Part shown: positions 51,386 through 59,895 of the stretch, one piece after another
How positions within the stretch are numbered: position 1 is the stretch's first letter
Layout: every line of letters begins with the position of its first letter
IMG/VR virus record: IMGVR_UViG_3300048881_000734
Span: 5,116 to 69,115 of that record
Source: a virus
Taxonomy: Duplodnaviria; Caudoviricetes
DNA: 64,000 bases
Reading direction: 5' to 3' (one strand)
Notes under the pieces: model-generated
Told to the model about the DNA's origin: nothing
Databases searched by the model: none
What the model saw: only the letters and a program-made list of their open reading frames with translations
Program-made: the position numbers and the translations under genes

Positions 51386-52516
51386 TTATTCATTATAACC
51401 GATCCAGCCACGGTTTTCAAGTTCACGCTTGGCTTTTACCAAAGCGGAGCCGATCACCTGGTGCATATCGTAATACTTGTACTCTGACAATCTTCCCCCG
51501 AAGATAACACCTTCTTCCGCATATGCCATTGCAGCATATTTCTTGTACATGGTACTGTTCTTCTCATCATTGATTGGATAGTAGGGTGTTTTACCACGGA
51601 CATATTCATCTGAATACTCTCGAGTAACAATCGTATTCTTCAGCTTCTTAGCTTCATTAGGCAAAAAATGCTTGTGCTCAACAATCCGAGTGAAGGGAAT
51701 ATCTGGATGGGTATAATTTACCACAGCGTTCCCCTGAAAGTCTCCGTCGAGCTCTTCATGCTCAAAGCGAAGTGTCCGATACTCCAGCTCCCCATGACAG
51801 AAATTAAAGTACTCATCAATCTTACCCGTAAAAACAACTTTTTCTGCCAGCATATCATATACTTCACGATGTTCAAAGTAGTCTGAGTCTGTTTTTACCT
51901 CAATCCCTTCCAGCATATTAGCGACCATCGCAGTGTACCCGTCAACCGGAATTCCCTGGTATTTATCAAAGAAATAATTTTCATCGAAGGTAAGACGAAT
52001 TGGAAGCCGCTTTATAATTGACGCAGGAAGCTCCTTTGGATCGCGCTGCCACTGCTTCATGGTATACCCCTTGATGAAAGTCTCGTACACTTCACGCCCT
52101 ACCTGCGATAGAATCCAATCCTCAAGATTATCAGGATTTTCGCAGGGGATACGCACTTCTTCTAGCTTTTTCTCTGCTTCTGCGGGTGTCTTCACACCCC
52201 AGAGCTGGTGAAGCGTCATTAAGTTAATGGGGAAGGAAAAAATTCGATCCTTGAAACGGATCTTTGGTTTGTTGACATAATTGTTGAACGTTGCAAAGCG
52301 ATTAACGTACTTCCAAATTTTCTCATTGTTCGTGTGGAAAATATGAGCGCCATACACATGCACATCGATTCCGTTCCTCTTTTCTGAATAAACATTTCCG
52401 CCGATGTGTGGACGCTTGTCAAGCACGATACACTTGTAACCGGAATCTGTCATTTCCCTGGCAAACGTTGCACCGAATATTCCAGCGCCTACGATTAGAT
52501 AGTCGAATTCTTTCAC
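51386..52516 (-). CDS. glf: UDP-galactopyranose mutase
   Basis: IVGAGIFG, HIGGN, HVYGAHIFHT, YTMKQW, YQGIP, TRIVEHKHF, PYYP, GRLSEYKYYDM. Confidence 0.96.
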   Translation of the reverse strand: MKEFDYLIVGAGIFGATFAREMTDSGYKCIVLDKRPHIGGNVYSEKRNGIDVHVYGAHIFHTNNEKIWKYVNRFATFNNYVNKPKIRFKDRIFSFPINLMTLHQLWGVKTPAEAEKKLEEVRIPCENPDNLEDWILSQVGREVYETFIKGYTMKQWQRDPKELPASIIKRLPIRLTFDENYFFDKYQGIPVDGYTAMVANMLEGIEVKTDSDYFEHREVYDMLAEKVVFTGKIDEYFNFCHGELEYRTLRFEHEELDGDFQGNAVVNYTHPDIPFTRIVEHKHFLPNEAKKLKNTIVTREYSDEYVRGKTPYYPINDEKNSTMYKKYAAMAYAEEGVIFGGRLSEYKYYDMHQVIGSALVKAKRELENRGWIGYNE

Positions 52517-53544
52517 TTCTTTCTCCTTGTGTTGAATGCATAACCACTGAATCTTAAATCTCTAAGAAGGTTTGCTGCTTCTTCTTTTTGGTCTAGCTTC
52601 CTCAGGCGATCTGCCGCTAAAATGACGGCCCAATCAGCCCAAACAAAAGCCGATGCCGAAGGATATGCAAACGATCGTCGTAAGCTTGATTCAACTGCGT
52701 CTAAACTGGTGGCAGTAGAAATATCATCCTCAAACTCCATTAGTCGATCGATCCAAAACGAAAGCTCGTCGCGAGAGGTACACTCAACTGCTGGCATTGC
52801 GCGGTGGCGCTTATATAATTCAAACTGAGACTTATTGACATTGGCAGTTTTCAGAATCGTTTCTGCCATATGAAAATGTCGCTCATATATGTGCAGAGAA
52901 TTACTCATATGAGTATAGGCACCAAGCTCCACACCAAGCTCATTCGCAAGAAGCTCCTGGAATAGAGTGAATGCTGGAATGTCATAAGCAATCCCAAAGA
53001 TCACATCTGAACTCCTCATATTGACAATCTGATGGAGCTTTCCGTCTCTAATAAAAAATTGAAGAGCCAGTGTGCATGGGACGTCTAGCTTGGCATCAAC
53101 GCTATCGTCAGGTACTCGCAAATGCATGACCGCTCTACGAGAGTCTGGGTCTCGCTTCAATTCGTTAACAACGTATTCCCACTGATTAAGCCTTCCACCC
53201 GCAATCTTGGGGTGCTCTTTGAAAAGACGAGCGCCATACGCAGAATTTGCAGTTACCCCATCATCACTAATATCTTTCCAGAACTTCGAGTATTTCGCGA
53301 TCCACTCTGTCTTGTCATTACCAGAAAGATACCACAGCAATTCAGCAACCATATAGGTCACGCTAAACTTTCGGCCGGCGACATAGGGGATGCGATCCCG
53401 GGGATTTAGAATCGTAAAAGAAGCCGCAAGAATTTCTTTAACCTTTTGTCCTCGGGGCGCCGCTTCAAAATCCGGGGTCTCATAAACATTTCTGACAAGT
53501 GCTAGATAGCAATGCGTGAAAGATTGATAGGTTCCAATGTGCAC
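52513..53544 (-). CDS. Thymidylate-synthase homolog, dCMP-specific (dCMP hydroxymethylase-like)
   Basis: AELLWYLSG, YGAR, DSRRA, catalytic PCT, MRSSDVIFGIAYD with Asp at the ThyA Asn177 position, SLHIYERH. Confidence 0.85.
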   Translation of the reverse strand: MHIGTYQSFTHCYLALVRNVYETPDFEAAPRGQKVKEILAASFTILNPRDRIPYVAGRKFSVTYMVAELLWYLSGNDKTEWIAKYSKFWKDISDDGVTANSAYGARLFKEHPKIAGGRLNQWEYVVNELKRDPDSRRAVMHLRVPDDSVDAKLDVPCTLALQFFIRDGKLHQIVNMRSSDVIFGIAYDIPAFTLFQELLANELGVELGAYTHMSNSLHIYERHFHMAETILKTANVNKSQFELYKRHRAMPAVECTSRDELSFWIDRLMEFEDDISTATSLDAVESSLRRSFAYPSASAFVWADWAVILAADRLRKLDQKEEAANLLRDLRFSGYAFNTRRKK

Positions 53545-53580
53545 TTTTTACTCCACTTAATAGTGATTGTAGACTTTTTT

Positions 53581-53608
53581 ATCATATACGAAGACGCTTA
53601 ACTTTACT
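53581..53608 (-). promoter_or_regulatory. Class A promoter heading the modification operon
   Basis: AGTAAA-N16-TATGAT. Confidence 0.45.
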
Positions 53609-56600
53609 CATAGATGTTTGATATCCGAAATCATTTTTCTTAATTTCGGCAACACACAGACTGTACAGCGGCAGTTCAGTTTCACCATCCCATCCCCAAC
53701 AAAACATTCGAAAATTCTTTCCGTCAAGGCCAGTTGCTGTGACAAGAAGATAGGGCCTCTTGTTCTTTGTAAGCTTTTCCTTCACATCTGAAACAAGGAA
53801 CCAATAGAGGTCATGGCCATTAGCTTCGATACCATCGATACACTGGATCCCTTTCTCCACCAAACGCTCCTGAACTTCACCGCTAATCAATGTCGAGGCG
53901 TTAAAAGAACCGAAGTGCTTGACGCTGTTTTCCACCCGCTCTCGGCGTGACCAGCGACCGGACCCCTGAGTATCAAGAAGAGCTTCTTTGAAGTTATTCT
54001 TTCCACGCTCAGGATCTCGTTTGGTCCATTTCTTAATATCGGTGTTGCGATTTATGAGCACCTCATGCATGTGCTTATAGCTTTCAAACATATTCCCAGG
54101 ACCGACCAAATTCATGGACTCAAATGCCCGGATGTTGATGAGCGCCTCAAGAGCACGTTTGTTAAACTTTGAGTGTCTCCATTTTCCTTCTTCGGTCCAC
54201 AGCAAGTCATCAATATTCTCATAAGGTCGATTCATAACGAGCTCATCAATCGCTGCTTCGCCAATTCCCTTGCAAGACAAGAGGGAGGGCATAAACTTCT
54301 TACCTTCAAGGATGGTCCACTTCTTCGTGGCGTAATTGATGTCAAGCGGAACTACGTCATAGCCAAGTGCCTTAACTTCTGCAAACGCTTTTGCGCGCTT
54401 CTTGTCATTCCCAGACATTGCTTCTAGATATGCACAGAGCCATTCTTCCTCGTAGTATGTGAGTAACCAAGCGCAATAATACGAGTCGATTGCATACGAA
54501 ACAGCATGCGCTTTGTTAAACCCGTAGCCTGAGAAATACAGAATCTTTTCGTACAAGTCATCTGCAAGCTGCTCATCTACTCCGTTACTCACAGCCCCGG
54601 CGACGAATCGAGTCTTGATCCCTCGAGCCTGAGCTAGTGACTCAGCTGCCTCTGACGCTTTTCGCTTCATAATGCTACGGCGAACAGTGTCAGTTTCTTC
54701 TTCAGGGAAACCAGCCACAACAGAACACAACTTCATGATCTGCTCTTGGAAAACAATCATACCATACGTTTCTTCAAGGACCTCTTTGATCAGTGGGTGG
54801 CCATAATCCACGCTTTCAGGATTGTTCTTGGCCTTGATATAGTGCCTGTCTACCTTCGCTGTGAGTGGGCCAGGCCGGTAAATCGATGTCAACGTTGCAA
54901 TATCAACGATGCTTTTCGGCTTCGCCTTTCGAAACAGGTTTCTAGACCCACGGTTCGCTAACTGGAACACACCGGGAAAACGACCCTCAGCATAAACGTG
55001 TGTGTAAACATGTTGATCATTCATATCCAGAACTTTCGGATCCATATGATTGTTAAACCATTCATAGACTTGGTCAAATGTTGGGTCTTCAATCCCTTCC
55101 TTCCGGTGCAAGATTAATTCGATTGTTCTTTGAATAATACGCAATGTCTCTAGCCCAAGCAAGTCAAACTTAATCCAGCCAAAAGTTTCTAAATGCTTGT
55201 AATTCATCCCCTCAGCCCAAGGCGTCTGGAGCTCTCCCCTTGCCTTAATGAGTGGCATCCGCTCTGCAATATCTTCAGCAACAATGCAACCACCTGCGTG
55301 CCGGCCCAAGGCTTTGTTCTGCTTGAACAGGACCTGAATCGGTTCAGCCACTTCTGGATGCATCGCGATGAATGTACTAAATTTCTTTGAATGAGCTAAC
55401 GCATCTTCATAAAGAAGAACGAATAGGTTCTTATCAGTACCAGGCTTGAAGACTGCGCGCCTGACATCTTCGTCGACAGAGGAAAGAGCTTTGTTGACTT
55501 CGTTAAAGGGGATGCCATAAAAGCGCGAAATATCTTTCACCAACGACTTCAATTTGAAAGTGTTGTAGTTAGAGATCGGAACAATATTGGCATCTCCCCA
55601 CTCCTCCTTCATCATATGAAGCAGAAGATCGCGGTCGCCGACATCTGTGTCAATATCGGGAGCACCTTTTCGTGATGGGTTCAAAAACCTCTCAAACATC
55701 AGATCATATTCAAATGGATCGACGTCCGTTAGACGAAGAACATACGCCACCAAGCTTCCCGCGGCGGAGCCCCGACCTGGTCCGACGAGCATTGCCTTCT
55801 TAGCAATGTTGATGATTGCGGTCATGGTTAAAAAGTATCTAGAAAACTTCTTATCCTTAATGACTTGAAGCTCATATTTCAATCGTTCGATATACTTTTG
55901 ATCACCTGCGAGTCCGCGCTCAATGAGCCCCTCCTTACATGCTTCGAGAAGCGCTCTGTCATCAGTCTGCCCTTCGGGAACAACATAAGATGGAAGCTTC
56001 ATCGTGCGGTCTGGGGAAATCTCTTGGATCTCTTCATGGACAATCTGGTGTGGTCGTTCGATGGCGGCTTTCACCAGCTCATCATCATAAAACTCCATAC
56101 CCTCAGTGCTTTTAAGATATGTGTCCCACAGCTGCTCCGCATTCTTTGGATAGAGCTCGCACTTCAAGTCGTCTTTCGACTTAGGGAGCTTGGACGGATC
56201 AAAATCCCGATAGTTAAGCCACCCAAGCTTTTTGTAGAGCTCACGCTCACGCCAATGTTCTGGACGTGCATAATGTGAATCAGTTGTCACGACAAGCTTG
56301 TCTTCAATACCCTCTTGCTGCGCAAACTCAATGATGGCTCGATTCACAAGATGTTGGGCAGGGAGCTGGTTAAATTGAATCTCAAGATGTACATCCTTCA
56401 TACCCACCGCATCAACTAGCCCCTGATAAGCATTCCCGACGCCAGTCATAACATTGTTACGAAACGATGGATCGTTCATTAACTTATAGCTTAAATCATC
56501 AAACTCGACCTGCTGCGCGTGGCGGAAGACCTCATAAGCAAGAGGGCCGCCAATACAAGCCGTCGAGACCATCAGGTGGCCACCTTCGGCCGCTTCCCTT

Positions 56601-57202
56601 AACATCCTATAGTCGATGCGCGGAAACCTATAGAAACCCTCTCTGTAGCCTCGACTTACAAGGTGGAATAATCTTTGGAGACCCTCACTTGTCTTAGGCA
56701 AAACCACCAGGTGGTGCCGGCGCTTGACGGGATCATAAAACTTCGAAGACTTTGTCTCATCTTCGTTCTCAATTGTCAAGCCGATGTCATCGCTTCCAAT
56801 ATCAATAATCTCATCATCACCATCAACAATAGCTGTAAGAGGTGTGGCGATTGCTTCTCGCCGAGCGCGTAATTCAAACAGCGCCTTCTTATCACCCTTC
56901 TTTGCTGCTTGGCGAATATCATAATCCAAGTGCCAGGCTTCCAGGTCTGGATGGACATACATCTCACACCCTGGAACGAATTTAAACTTTCCCCCTCGCT
57001 TCTGAATCTTCTCTGCGTGGAGAAAAGCATGGCCGAATGAATTCATGTGACCATGATTCGTAAGACACCAGCCATCCATTCCATTCTCTATAACAAAATC
57101 GATATGTTCTTGCGGGTACCCAAGGCCATCAAATGTGCTGAACCCATCATGTGCATGAAGGGAAATAAACTTACTGGGGGGCGTAAGTAATGTCTTTCTC
57201 AT
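53582..57202 (-). CDS. dnaE: DNA polymerase III alpha subunit (family C)
   Basis: PHP domain (HAHDGFS, TNHG, PGCE), GPGRGSAAGSLV, PDIDTD, RHAGG, KFDLLGL, SGYGFNKAHAVSY, C-terminal OB-like region. Confidence 0.97.
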   Translation of the reverse strand: MRKTLLTPPSKFISLHAHDGFSTFDGLGYPQEHIDFVIENGMDGWCLTNHGHMNSFGHAFLHAEKIQKRGGKFKFVPGCEMYVHPDLEAWHLDYDIRQAAKKGDKKALFELRARREAIATPLTAIVDGDDEIIDIGSDDIGLTIENEDETKSSKFYDPVKRRHHLVVLPKTSEGLQRLFHLVSRGYREGFYRFPRIDYRMLREAAEGGHLMVSTACIGGPLAYEVFRHAQQVEFDDLSYKLMNDPSFRNNVMTGVGNAYQGLVDAVGMKDVHLEIQFNQLPAQHLVNRAIIEFAQQEGIEDKLVVTTDSHYARPEHWRERELYKKLGWLNYRDFDPSKLPKSKDDLKCELYPKNAEQLWDTYLKSTEGMEFYDDELVKAAIERPHQIVHEEIQEISPDRTMKLPSYVVPEGQTDDRALLEACKEGLIERGLAGDQKYIERLKYELQVIKDKKFSRYFLTMTAIINIAKKAMLVGPGRGSAAGSLVAYVLRLTDVDPFEYDLMFERFLNPSRKGAPDIDTDVGDRDLLLHMMKEEWGDANIVPISNYNTFKLKSLVKDISRFYGIPFNEVNKALSSVDEDVRRAVFKPGTDKNLFVLLYEDALAHSKKFSTFIAMHPEVAEPIQVLFKQNKALGRHAGGCIVAEDIAERMPLIKARGELQTPWAEGMNYKHLETFGWIKFDLLGLETLRIIQRTIELILHRKEGIEDPTFDQVYEWFNNHMDPKVLDMNDQHVYTHVYAEGRFPGVFQLANRGSRNLFRKAKPKSIVDIATLTSIYRPGPLTAKVDRHYIKAKNNPESVDYGHPLIKEVLEETYGMIVFQEQIMKLCSVVAGFPEEETDTVRRSIMKRKASEAAESLAQARGIKTRFVAGAVSNGVDEQLADDLYEKILYFSGYGFNKAHAVSYAIDSYYCAWLLTYYEEEWLCAYLEAMSGNDKKRAKAFAEVKALGYDVVPLDINYATKKWTILEGKKFMPSLLSCKGIGEAAIDELVMNRPYENIDDLLWTEEGKWRHSKFNKRALEALINIRAFESMNLVGPGNMFESYKHMHEVLINRNTDIKKWTKRDPERGKNNFKEALLDTQGSGRWSRRERVENSVKHFGSFNASTLISGEVQERLVEKGIQCIDGIEANGHDLYWFLVSDVKEKLTKNKRPYLLVTATGLDGKNFRMFCWGWDGETELPLYSLCVAEIKKNDFGYQTSMSKVKRLRI

Positions 57203-57221
57203 AATATCTCCGAATTAGAGT

Positions 57222-57249
57222 ATTCTAAAAGAATATAAGCATATTTTCA
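57222..57249 (-). promoter_or_regulatory. Class A promoter for dnaE
   Basis: TGAAAA-N16-TAGAAT. Confidence 0.45.
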
Positions 57250-57435
57250 GGAGAAAGCCGGGTGAGGGGGTATTTTTTCTATGGACGTCCTCTGGACATA
57301 AATGACGTGATTAGATATCAATAAAGCGGCCCAGTCTTCTTCTAGAGAAATAACGAGCCCGAAATCTCCTGGGTGGAGCAGGTAGGTGGCATTATCGTCA
57401 CCAACCCCAACATGCTCATCCATAAGCACTGCCAT
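57247..57435 (-). CDS. Small SH3-like protein
   Basis: HPGDFGLVIS. Confidence 0.5.
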   Translation of the reverse strand: MAVLMDEHVGVGDDNATYLLHPGDFGLVISLEEDWAALLISNHVIYVQRTSIEKIPPHPAFS

Positions 57436-57449
57436 GTCACCCGGGCGTG

Positions 57450-58145
57450 TCAGGGCTCACCTCGCTCTGACAAAAGCTGTTCTGCCTGCTCTTCAGTAAG
57501 AGAAAACCCACGAGATGAAAGAAGAGTCCGAAGCATTTTTGCCCTTAATGAGGGAACCCCCAAAGACTCTCCCCATTGCCACTCTTCCGTATTTTCGACT
57601 GTGGCGATATCTTCTCGAATATTTTTAATCTTAGTGGTCAATAACGGGATGAGAGCTTCGTCATTCATGTCTGCCTCGATATCTAATTCGACTGCTACAC
57701 CGATGAGGTCATCAAGCTTACCGGCCTCGAGAGCTTTACTCGCACGTAAAAAACTCTGCCGAAGCTTTTCCCTCAACCCATCATCACTGATTCTGTCAGG
57801 ATGCGTCATTAGAGCAATCTTCTTAAATAACTTTCGAGCCCACCCTGGTGCTTCAGACTTTTTAGGCCCTGCTTTCTCAGGAAAATATTCTGCATCTCTC
57901 GCTCTGTAGTCTGGGTCATCTCTCGCTAAATCAAATATCTTGTGTTCATTTTCGGCAGTGCTTTCATCATCCACTCTTTCAGTAATTTCACCGGCTCTGT
58001 TGGTAAAAAATGTCAGGTCCCTCAGATATTCGTTCTTATATTCTTCATGCAATTCCACTATTTGGAAATAATAATGATGAAGCATTTGAAGCTCGGATTG
58101 TAACAGCCTGATTTTTCGTCGGGCAATTCTTGGGGGAATATGCAT
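57450..58145 (-). CDS. J-domain co-chaperone-like protein
   Basis: LFKKIALMTHPDR (helix II plus HPD). Confidence 0.75.
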   Translation of the reverse strand: MHIPPRIARRKIRLLQSELQMLHHYYFQIVELHEEYKNEYLRDLTFFTNRAGEITERVDDESTAENEHKIFDLARDDPDYRARDAEYFPEKAGPKKSEAPGWARKLFKKIALMTHPDRISDDGLREKLRQSFLRASKALEAGKLDDLIGVAVELDIEADMNDEALIPLLTTKIKNIREDIATVENTEEWQWGESLGVPSLRAKMLRTLLSSRGFSLTEEQAEQLLSERGEP

Positions 58146-58156
58146 AGCATCTCTAA

Positions 58157-58546
58157 CTATGCATTCAGTCGATCACATATAATCTCATGTTTCCTTATGT
58201 AAGCATCAAAAAATTCTTTATGGTCAACTCCAGCTAACACAATTATTGCCATAAAATAATTGAACGCATCAATCATTTCTTCAAGAAATTCTTCGCGATT
58301 GAAGTCTGGCATCCCATAGGTCGCTTCCCTGTGGTCTTTCCAATTCTTCAAATGTAAAAGGGCTTCAAAAAGCTCTTCCATTCCACGAAAAGCAAGTTCT
58401 CGAATAGCTTGCTGATTTTGTTTTTTGCTGAGGTCAACCGGCCACTCAGGATACGCATCAGGTACCCTCTCATTTATCATCCGCATGAACTCTTCACGCA
58501 GAGAAAACATTTCCTCTAATTTATTCTGCTGTGGCTTCATCGGCAT
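58157..58546 (-). CDS. Dimeric all-alpha dNTP pyrophosphatase (dUTPase/dCTPase, MazG-like)
   Basis: EELFEAL..KNWK, LEEMIDAFNY. Confidence 0.8.
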   Translation of the reverse strand: MPMKPQQNKLEEMFSLREEFMRMINERVPDAYPEWPVDLSKKQNQQAIRELAFRGMEELFEALLHLKNWKDHREATYGMPDFNREEFLEEMIDAFNYFMAIIVLAGVDHKEFFDAYIRKHEIICDRLNA

Positions 58547-58781
58547 CAGCGCTATGATCTGCTTCGCGGAGCTCAGTCATCATCTTTTCCAGGTTGCCAT
58601 TAAAGTTTTCAGCATATGCTGGATCTAGATTGATCGTACCTGTGACGTTATCAATCGTAAACTGCACAGCTCTAAAATGATCAATGATATCTGTACCGGT
58701 CAGCATAGCAAGCTGCAAAAGCTGTGCGACATGACCAATCGTTGTATCAGACATAGTGTGGACATTTGTTGTAGGTTCCAT
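58521..58781 (-). CDS. Small hypothetical protein
   Basis: AGGAG SD; QLLQLAMLTGTDIID. Confidence 0.7.
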   Translation of the reverse strand: MEPTTNVHTMSDTTIGHVAQLLQLAMLTGTDIIDHFRAVQFTIDNVTGTINLDPAYAENFNGNLEKMMTELREADHSADADEATAE

Positions 58782-58802
58782 TTTTTCTCCTTAACTAGAC
58801 GT

Positions 58803-58831
58803 ATTATAGTCACATCTTACGATAGTGTACA
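58803..58831 (-). promoter_or_regulatory. Class A promoter
   Basis: TGTACA-N17-TATAAT. Confidence 0.5.
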
Positions 58832-59239
58832 TAGAAAAGTGTGATAATCCACTAAGGCATGATCGACCGGGTCGACATCTTGCCACTCACCCTTTATGAA
58901 TATTCGATGAGCATCATCAGCATATTTTCCGCACCCATAAAGCTCAATTACATTACTCCACCGCTTAGTGACAAACTCTTCGCTAAATGCCTTAAGTGTT
59001 CTAACTCTGCGATTTACTAGCCCAAGCGGCTTCAGGATTGCACGTAGGTCTTCTTCAACTGCTTCAACCACTGCTTCCGGATTAGGAAAAAGTTGAAAGA
59101 ATGTTGCTATCATCGGCTCAACTTGCTTTCTTGCGGTCTGGTTCAGTAGAAGACAAACCACAAGCATCTTCCACTCGTCCGGCCAATAGCGTTCTTGCAA
59201 GAGATCGAATGGAGATTCGGGTGGGATCCATGTTACCAT
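58817..59239 (-). CDS. MBD4-like HhH-GPD DNA glycosylase
   Basis: WKMLVVCLLLNQT, LKPLGL, ELYGCGKYADD, EWQDVDPVDH. Confidence 0.85.
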   Translation of the reverse strand: MVTWIPPESPFDLLQERYWPDEWKMLVVCLLLNQTARKQVEPMIATFFQLFPNPEAVVEAVEEDLRAILKPLGLVNRRVRTLKAFSEEFVTKRWSNVIELYGCGKYADDAHRIFIKGEWQDVDPVDHALVDYHTFLCTLS

Positions 59240-59244
59240 ATGTT

Positions 59245-59272
59245 ATGATAACAGTTTTCTCTGTTTTTTACA
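59245..59272 (-). promoter_or_regulatory. Class A promoter
   Basis: TGTAAA-N16-TATCAT. Confidence 0.5.
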
Positions 59273-59588
59273 GATAATTCATCGCCCAAGCAAAGGCGGC
59301 CATAGCAAATTGGACCACTGCAAAAACAGTGACTGCTTTTGTCTTAAAAACCTTGAGGTCTTCCACTTCTTTGACCATTGTGCTCAGCTGTGTTGGGGAC
59401 GCCACTTCGTCGATCTTCTCTTTCCAAGCCTTGAGATCATCAACACGATCTTCTCTTTCACGCATTCTAGCAATTTCCTGCTTAAGCTCTTGAATTTCTG
59501 AATTCAGAGATTGAATGCTGCTAGCTAGCGTCTCAAGTTCTTTAAGAACCAGACGTGAATATTCACTCCAGCCACTATCTTCAGGCAT
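59268..59588 (-). CDS. Coiled coil with C-terminal TM helix
   Basis: Heptad repeats, then AVTVFAVVQFAMAAFAWA. Confidence 0.7.
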   Translation of the reverse strand: MPEDSGWSEYSRLVLKELETLASSIQSLNSEIQELKQEIARMREREDRVDDLKAWKEKIDEVASPTQLSTMVKEVEDLKVFKTKAVTVFAVVQFAMAAFAWAMNYL

Positions 59589-59844
59589 TGTCTTCCTCCG
59601 TTGTGGCTTCTGGTAAAGCGCAAAGTTGTCTTAAGATATTCTCTATCCGGGTCTTACACCAAGTGCATCGTGGATCCTTCTCATGCGGAGCCTCTAATTC
59701 ACCAAGCACGTCTTGAAGCTCACTGATGACAAAGTCTCTAACTTCAAACCCAGCCTTCCATTCCACTGACTTGCTACACAGCTGGTCTCTCAAATTGCGA
59801 AGCTTCGCCACTCTCTCTTGAAAACAGTCAGAATCACTAGACAT
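59581..59844 (-). CDS. Small hypothetical protein
   Basis: 87 aa with CxxC. Confidence 0.6.
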   Translation of the reverse strand: MSSDSDCFQERVAKLRNLRDQLCSKSVEWKAGFEVRDFVISELQDVLGELEAPHEKDPRCTWCKTRIENILRQLCALPEATTEEDNA

Positions 59845-59895
59845 ACAGATACTCCAAACAAACGCTACGCAGAATATGCATTCTTAATTATACGT

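Noticed and set aside
48330-52516. Ordinary LPS/capsule biosynthesis island
   Set aside because: Considered less likely, not excluded: the sugar genes are interleaved with a dNMP kinase and a dCMP-specific synthase, and there is no flippase, polymerase or priming transferase.
53582-57202. Intein or intron in dnaE
   Set aside because: 1206 aa is normal length; no splice-junction or homing-endonuclease motifs seen.
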